64,000 nucleotides of DNA from contig JAGVBZ010000021.1 of assembly GCA_020059465.1 (NCBI GenBank), positions 34,788 through 98,787 of the forward strand, written 5' to 3'. Position 1 is the first letter of the stretch; every line of letters starts with the position of its first letter. Origin of the DNA: Brevinematales bacterium (GTDB lineage Bacteria > Spirochaetota > Brevinematia > Brevinematales > GWF1-51-8). A model generated the notes under the pieces. It was not told the origin of the DNA. It saw only the letters and a list, made by a program, of their open reading frames with translations, and ran no database searches. Of the stretch, positions 59,625 through 64,000 are shown piece after piece. A program made the position numbers and the translations under genes.

Positions 59625-61976
59625 ATGAAAAAGAATACCTTTAAGAAAATCATTTTCACTTGCCTTGTCCTATTATCTTTACCTTTTATCTTTTCCTGCG
59701 CCCCAAGTACAGAAAATCCCTCACCGGGAAATACTACCCCTTCGATGGTCAATTCCGTCGGGTATGAGATCTATGTCAGAAGTTTCTGCGATTCCGACGG
59801 TGACGGTATCGGCGATTTAAAAGGACTGATATCGAAGCTCGACTATCTCAATGACGGAAACCCGGATACCTACAGCGATTTGGGGGTAAATGTCATCTGG
59901 CTGATGCCGATTTTTAAATCACCTTCCATTCACGGGTACGATCAGACCGATTACTATGATATCAATCCTTCCTATGGTACAATGGCGGATTTTCAGGAAT
60001 TTCTGGATAAAGCGCATGCCCGAGGGATAAAGGTTATTGTCGATCTCGTGATAAATCATTGTTCCGATCAGAGTACGTGGTTCACCCAGTCTGTTGCTAA
60101 AAATGCCGCATATAAAGACTGGTTCGTGTGGACGAACGAAACTCTGGGGAATCTGGCGGGATGGCAAAAACCTTGGGGCGGTGAAACGGCTACAAATGTT
60201 TGGTTATCTGCTCCGGGGAGGCCCGGTGAGTATTTCTATGCGGCATTTTCCGGGTCTCAGCCCGATCTGAACCTGAAAAATGCTGCGGTCGCGGCAGAAA
60301 TCGAAAATATCGTTACTTTTTGGCTGAATAAGGGTGTCGACGGTTTCCGTCTCGACGCCATCCGGTACCTGATCGAGACCGGGCCCTATCCTAATCAGGC
60401 CGATACCCCAGAAACTCTTGTCTATCTTCAGAATTTTCAAGCACATATGAAAAGCGTGAAATCCTCCGCATTCACTATCGGAGAGGTATGGTCATCGCTA
60501 TCGGATATTGAAAAATACTACGATAATAATCTGGGTGTCGATATGTGTTTCGATTTTACCTGTGTTAATTCTGTACTTTCAACCGCATTTTTTCAAAACA
60601 ATAGCTATATCGGTACATATTTGACGACTTCGCGAAACGCCCCATGGTCGTTTTTCTCGCCCTTCTTAGCGAACCATGATCAGCAAAGATATCCAGACTC
60701 CATCGGCGGCGATACAAATGTGTCGAAAGTCGCGATGGCGATACTTCTCACACTTCCGGGGATGCCGTTTATCTACTACGGCGAGGAATTCGGGATGATG
60801 AACTCCGGGGCAGGCGGCGATACCGCCTATAGAAGCCCGATGCAGTGGGATAATTCTGCCGGCGCCGGATTTACCGCCGGTTCGCCATGGACACCGATCG
60901 GCGCGAACAGCGATCCCTTCAATGTATCATCTCAAACCGCCAACCCGAATTCACAATTGAATATGGTAAAGAAGATGGTAAATATTCGCACTAAATATTC
61001 CGCTCTCGGTTCTACCAACACCGAGTTGATCGGCACGTCGGTTAATTCAATTGTCAGTTATTTTCGAAAAGGAACGACAGACGGTATAATAGTGATTATC
61101 AACACCTCGGGAACAGTCCAGAATGTGAACCTGAACTTTTACAATACCTGCATTCCACAAATTATTTCCATTCAGAACCTGATGAAAGCCGAATCATTGA
61201 CAGGAATCTCTACGGGAAACTACGGTGTTTATCCGGCAATCCTTCAGCCCTATGAAGTGAAGCTCCTCTATGTCGGAACGGTACTCGATACGCGCACAGT
61301 CGCCCCTCTTCCGCCGCCGACCGTCACTTTATCTCTCGGTAACGGATTTTTATACCGGCCGGATATGAACTATACTACTTGGGTATGTCATAGTAATTCC
61401 AATTTTATCATCACTGCCAACGTACAGTCTAATGGAAATGTGATAAATAGGGTTGAATTCTGGGATTATTATTATAACTTTAAAATGTCTACCGATACTA
61501 CCGCGCCATATGAATTCACTTATAGCAGTTATCCGTATCCTTGGGATTACGGCGATTATAGAGTTTATGCAAAAGTCTTTTACGGCGGTTCGTCGTCAAT
61601 CTCTTCTGTGGGAACCAATCTCTATCGATACTCGCCCTATTATGAAAGCATCATTATAAGTAATGCCTATTATATTTTCCGAATGAAACCCACTGAGATA
61701 TTCTATACCTCAAGGATAAAAACTAACACAATCATCAATGCGATGTATCTTACTGGGGAATTTACTACATGGGTACAAAACAATCCTGCTTATCAAATGA
61801 CTCTAAACGGCCAATTCTATGAAATCACTGTCGCGAGCAATATTTGTAAAGGAAAGATGTATAAATTTACTTTATTTACGAACGGAAATACCAATCTCTC
61901 AAAGGTTATGTGGTTATGGGATTTTGCAAATTACCGTTACAATACAATGGATAATTACAATGCGATAGCGCCTTAG
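59625..61976 (+). CDS. GH13 alpha-amylase family lipoprotein with C-terminal Ig-like/CBM-like domains
   Basis: Lipobox IFSC; YEIYVRSF.DSDGDGIGD, DLVINH, DGFRLDA, GEVW, FLANHDQ, YYGEE; PLPPP linker; 'MYLTGEFTTW' CBM48-like. Confidence 0.92.
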   Translation: MKKNTFKKIIFTCLVLLSLPFIFSCAPSTENPSPGNTTPSMVNSVGYEIYVRSFCDSDGDGIGDLKGLISKLDYLNDGNPDTYSDLGVNVIWLMPIFKSPSIHGYDQTDYYDINPSYGTMADFQEFLDKAHARGIKVIVDLVINHCSDQSTWFTQSVAKNAAYKDWFVWTNETLGNLAGWQKPWGGETATNVWLSAPGRPGEYFYAAFSGSQPDLNLKNAAVAAEIENIVTFWLNKGVDGFRLDAIRYLIETGPYPNQADTPETLVYLQNFQAHMKSVKSSAFTIGEVWSSLSDIEKYYDNNLGVDMCFDFTCVNSVLSTAFFQNNSYIGTYLTTSRNAPWSFFSPFLANHDQQRYPDSIGGDTNVSKVAMAILLTLPGMPFIYYGEEFGMMNSGAGGDTAYRSPMQWDNSAGAGFTAGSPWTPIGANSDPFNVSSQTANPNSQLNMVKKMVNIRTKYSALGSTNTELIGTSVNSIVSYFRKGTTDGIIVIINTSGTVQNVNLNFYNTCIPQIISIQNLMKAESLTGISTGNYGVYPAILQPYEVKLLYVGTVLDTRTVAPLPPPTVTLSLGNGFLYRPDMNYTTWVCHSNSNFIITANVQSNGNVINRVEFWDYYYNFKMSTDTTAPYEFTYSSYPYPWDYGDYRVYAKVFYGGSSSISSVGTNLYRYSPYYESIIISNAYYIFRMKPTEIFYTSRIKTNTIINAMYLTGEFTTWVQNNPAYQMTLNGQFYEITVASNICKGKMYKFTLFTNGNTNLSKVMWLWDFANYRYNTMDNYNAIAP

Positions 61977-61992
61977 AACTAATCCAAGTATT

Positions 61993-62024
61993 AAAAAAGG
62001 CTATCCTTCCGGATAGCCTTTTTT
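61993..62024. terminator. Bidirectional intrinsic terminator
   Basis: AAAAAAGGCTATCC-TTCC-GGATAGCCTTTTTT between convergent genes. Confidence 0.88.
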
Positions 62025-62043
62025 ATTCTATATTCTAATTATT

Positions 62044-64000
62044 TTATATCTGTTCCATCGTGATAGTTACGATATCTCCCGATGTCAGAATCTTGATCGC
62101 GATCTCCGCGCCCCGGGTCGTGATAATCATTTCGATACGGGTGATATCGGTCGGGGAGTTCCGGTATACCTTGACCGAGCAGGTATCAACCTGGGTCTCG
62201 GAGACCAGCTTGGATTCGACCGCCTCGTAATCCGGCATCGCCATAAACGAGAACCCCATGCAGTGCTTCACCAGCACGAAGGCTTCCTGCATAGAAATCC
62301 CCGGAACCGTATAATTATAGGTTTTCTTTCCGCCGATCACTTCCTTATGCAGCTCGACCCCGAGATTGAACGCCTTATAGTAGTCCTCGTTCTCATCGTC
62401 GATACGCTCGAACTCTGTCTGATAGATCAGCCCGATCTTCTCGGTAAAATAATTCTCGAGTCCCATCCCGTATAACGGCGCGGGGAGTTTCGAGAGGTAT
62501 CCCTCAAAAATGTATCCTTCGACCGTCCGGAACTGTACGAATAGCCATCCGCCGATAAGACCGTGACTGCGAAGAAGTTCTTTTTTCTGCGACTTTTTCT
62601 TGAATGTCACCGATTCCCCGTAGGGAATATTCACAATCTTTTTAGTGTCCATACTCGGCTTATCGTAGAGCCATAATCCTGTCGGACAAAGCACATTCAG
62701 TACGTTCCCAGGATCGAACGGATACCTCAGGTTCGCGCCGGTCTGCCATTTCGGCGCGCCTGTTTTATCGATATATGCCAGCGTATAATTCTGGTTAGTT
62801 TTCAATAATACCAGCGCCAGACCGTTTTTAAAATCGGCGGCCTGCAGATACTGCACCTTCAGCTTTAACGCTCCCGTATCGGACAGATATCCGAACTTCC
62901 CGGCGGACTTCACCCGGGCTAGCCCGTTAAACACGGGATAGATATATTCGACTTTTTCGTTGACTTTGTACTTTCCCTCTTTATTCATAATCCCCATCTG
63001 CCCGTTCAGTTCGACCCTTGCAAGTCCGCCCTCGAAACGGGATACCCAGTCGAAAATCACCGGGCAGATCATATTCCCGGATTTATCGACAAACCCCCAT
63101 TTCCCGCTGAAACATTTTCCGTTCAGGGTAATTCTCCCGCCGATATTGATACGCGCAATCCCCTCCTGAAAATCGTCGGCAAAACTGAATTGCGGAGTAA
63201 TAACGAACTTACCGTCCCGATCGATATAACCCCATCTATTCCCGATCCTGACCGCTGCAAGACCCTCGTGAAAATCGAGCGCCGCATCGAACTGGGAGGG
63301 AATAACCATCTGTCCCTTGAGATTGATATATCCCCATTTACCGTACCCGCCGGCGTTGGTGGTAACCACCGCGGCAAGTCCTTCGCTGAAATCGCGGGCG
63401 TCTTTGTATTGAAACGGTATCTTGATCTCGCCGTTTTTACCGATATACCCGTTCAGCAGCATATTCTGGACAAGTGTTTTTTCAGGATACACGCTGTATA
63501 AGGATTCGTCGAAAAAACTCTGGTCGAAATGAAAAACAGACTTGACAGTTACCGTCTGAGCAAGCTTCACCATCGCGTAGCCCTGCTGAAAATCCCCGGC
63601 ATTAGCGAATTTCGGCTGGATGACCGTCTCGCCGATACCGTTTATATATCCGTACTTCCCGTTCAGTTTAATCCTTGCAAGCCCGTCGATCAGATCGTAC
63701 GCTTCCTGATAATCGGCGTTTGCGATAATCTGCCCTACCTTATTAATATACGCATAAAAATCCTTCATTTTAATGCGGGCGATGCCCCCTACAAACGGGT
63801 ATGCTTCGGTGAACTTCGGGGAAATGATCGCTTTGCCCTCGCTGTTCACATATCCGAATTTCGCACCCTCTTTCACCATATTCATGCCGTCGGAGGTCGG
63901 GAATGCGTAATCGTAAACAGGGGTAACGATGACCTTACCGGTATTGTCGATAAACCCCCACTTCCCGTTCACCCAAATAGGCAGTAAGCCCTGTGCCGAA
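62044..64000 (-). CDS. WG-repeat protein with C-terminal SH3-like domain, 5' end beyond window
   Basis: Repeated KWGFID/YGYIN...F.EGLA; 'GLWLYDKPSMDTKKIVNIPYGESV...EGYIF' SH3b-like; frame open to base 64000. Confidence 0.9.
   Translation of the reverse strand, partial: SAQGLLPIWVNGKWGFIDNTGKVIVTPVYDYAFPTSDGMNMVKEGAKFGYVNSEGKAIISPKFTEAYPFVGGIARIKMKDFYAYINKVGQIIANADYQEAYDLIDGLARIKLNGKYGYINGIGETVIQPKFANAGDFQQGYAMVKLAQTVTVKSVFHFDQSFFDESLYSVYPEKTLVQNMLLNGYIGKNGEIKIPFQYKDARDFSEGLAAVVTTNAGGYGKWGYINLKGQMVIPSQFDAALDFHEGLAAVRIGNRWGYIDRDGKFVITPQFSFADDFQEGIARINIGGRITLNGKCFSGKWGFVDKSGNMICPVIFDWVSRFEGGLARVELNGQMGIMNKEGKYKVNEKVEYIYPVFNGLARVKSAGKFGYLSDTGALKLKVQYLQAADFKNGLALVLLKTNQNYTLAYIDKTGAPKWQTGANLRYPFDPGNVLNVLCPTGLWLYDKPSMDTKKIVNIPYGESVTFKKKSQKKELLRSHGLIGGWLFVQFRTVEGYIFEGYLSKLPAPLYGMGLENYFTEKIGLIYQTEFERIDDENEDYYKAFNLGVELHKEVIGGKKTYNYTVPGISMQEAFVLVKHCMGFSFMAMPDYEAVESKLVSETQVDTCSVKVYRNSPTDITRIEMIITTRGAEIAIKILTSGDIVTITMEQI

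Overview
64 kb of bacterial chromosomal DNA (~50% GC by eye), mostly core and signalling genes. It is probably a spirochaete, possibly Brevinematales-like; this is inferred from the many PEGA/lipoprotein/SpoIIE/class III cyclase genes, a C4-zinc-ribbon protein and TN-rich exported proteins. Housekeeping genes: aroK, topA, ppk1, ppx, iorA/iorB, tRNA-Ile2(CAT), comM/yifB, rsmH, ftsL-like, clpB, eno, bioB, glgB. Signalling genes: a MASE1 kinase-receiver-hybrid kinase trio, a STAS + PP2C-RsbW partner-switch module, two adenylate cyclases, an MCP and a cNMP-binding protein. There are two exported GH13 amylases, a hicBA toxin-antitoxin pair and many exported proteins of unknown function. I found no prophage, intact IS, CRISPR array or rRNA, and no clearly new multi-gene system can be proven from sequence alone. 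Best leads: (1) strong Thr-Asn dipeptide enrichment largely restricted to exported proteins, possibly a modification signal; (2) a membrane PP2C phosphatase coupled between iorA and iorB, with IorA lacking its ferredoxin domain; (3) a BioB with altered auxiliary-cluster ligands under a clear BirA operator; (4) a plant-type amylase fused to a Pseudoalteromonas/animal-type C-terminal domain behind a cre-like operator; (5) a G-U-supported two-hairpin leader RNA; (6) a split DOMON + small heme-membrane-protein pair; (7) REP-like elements, one tandemly amplified and one nested in a terminator loop. All assignments are by-eye motif recognition with no database searches.
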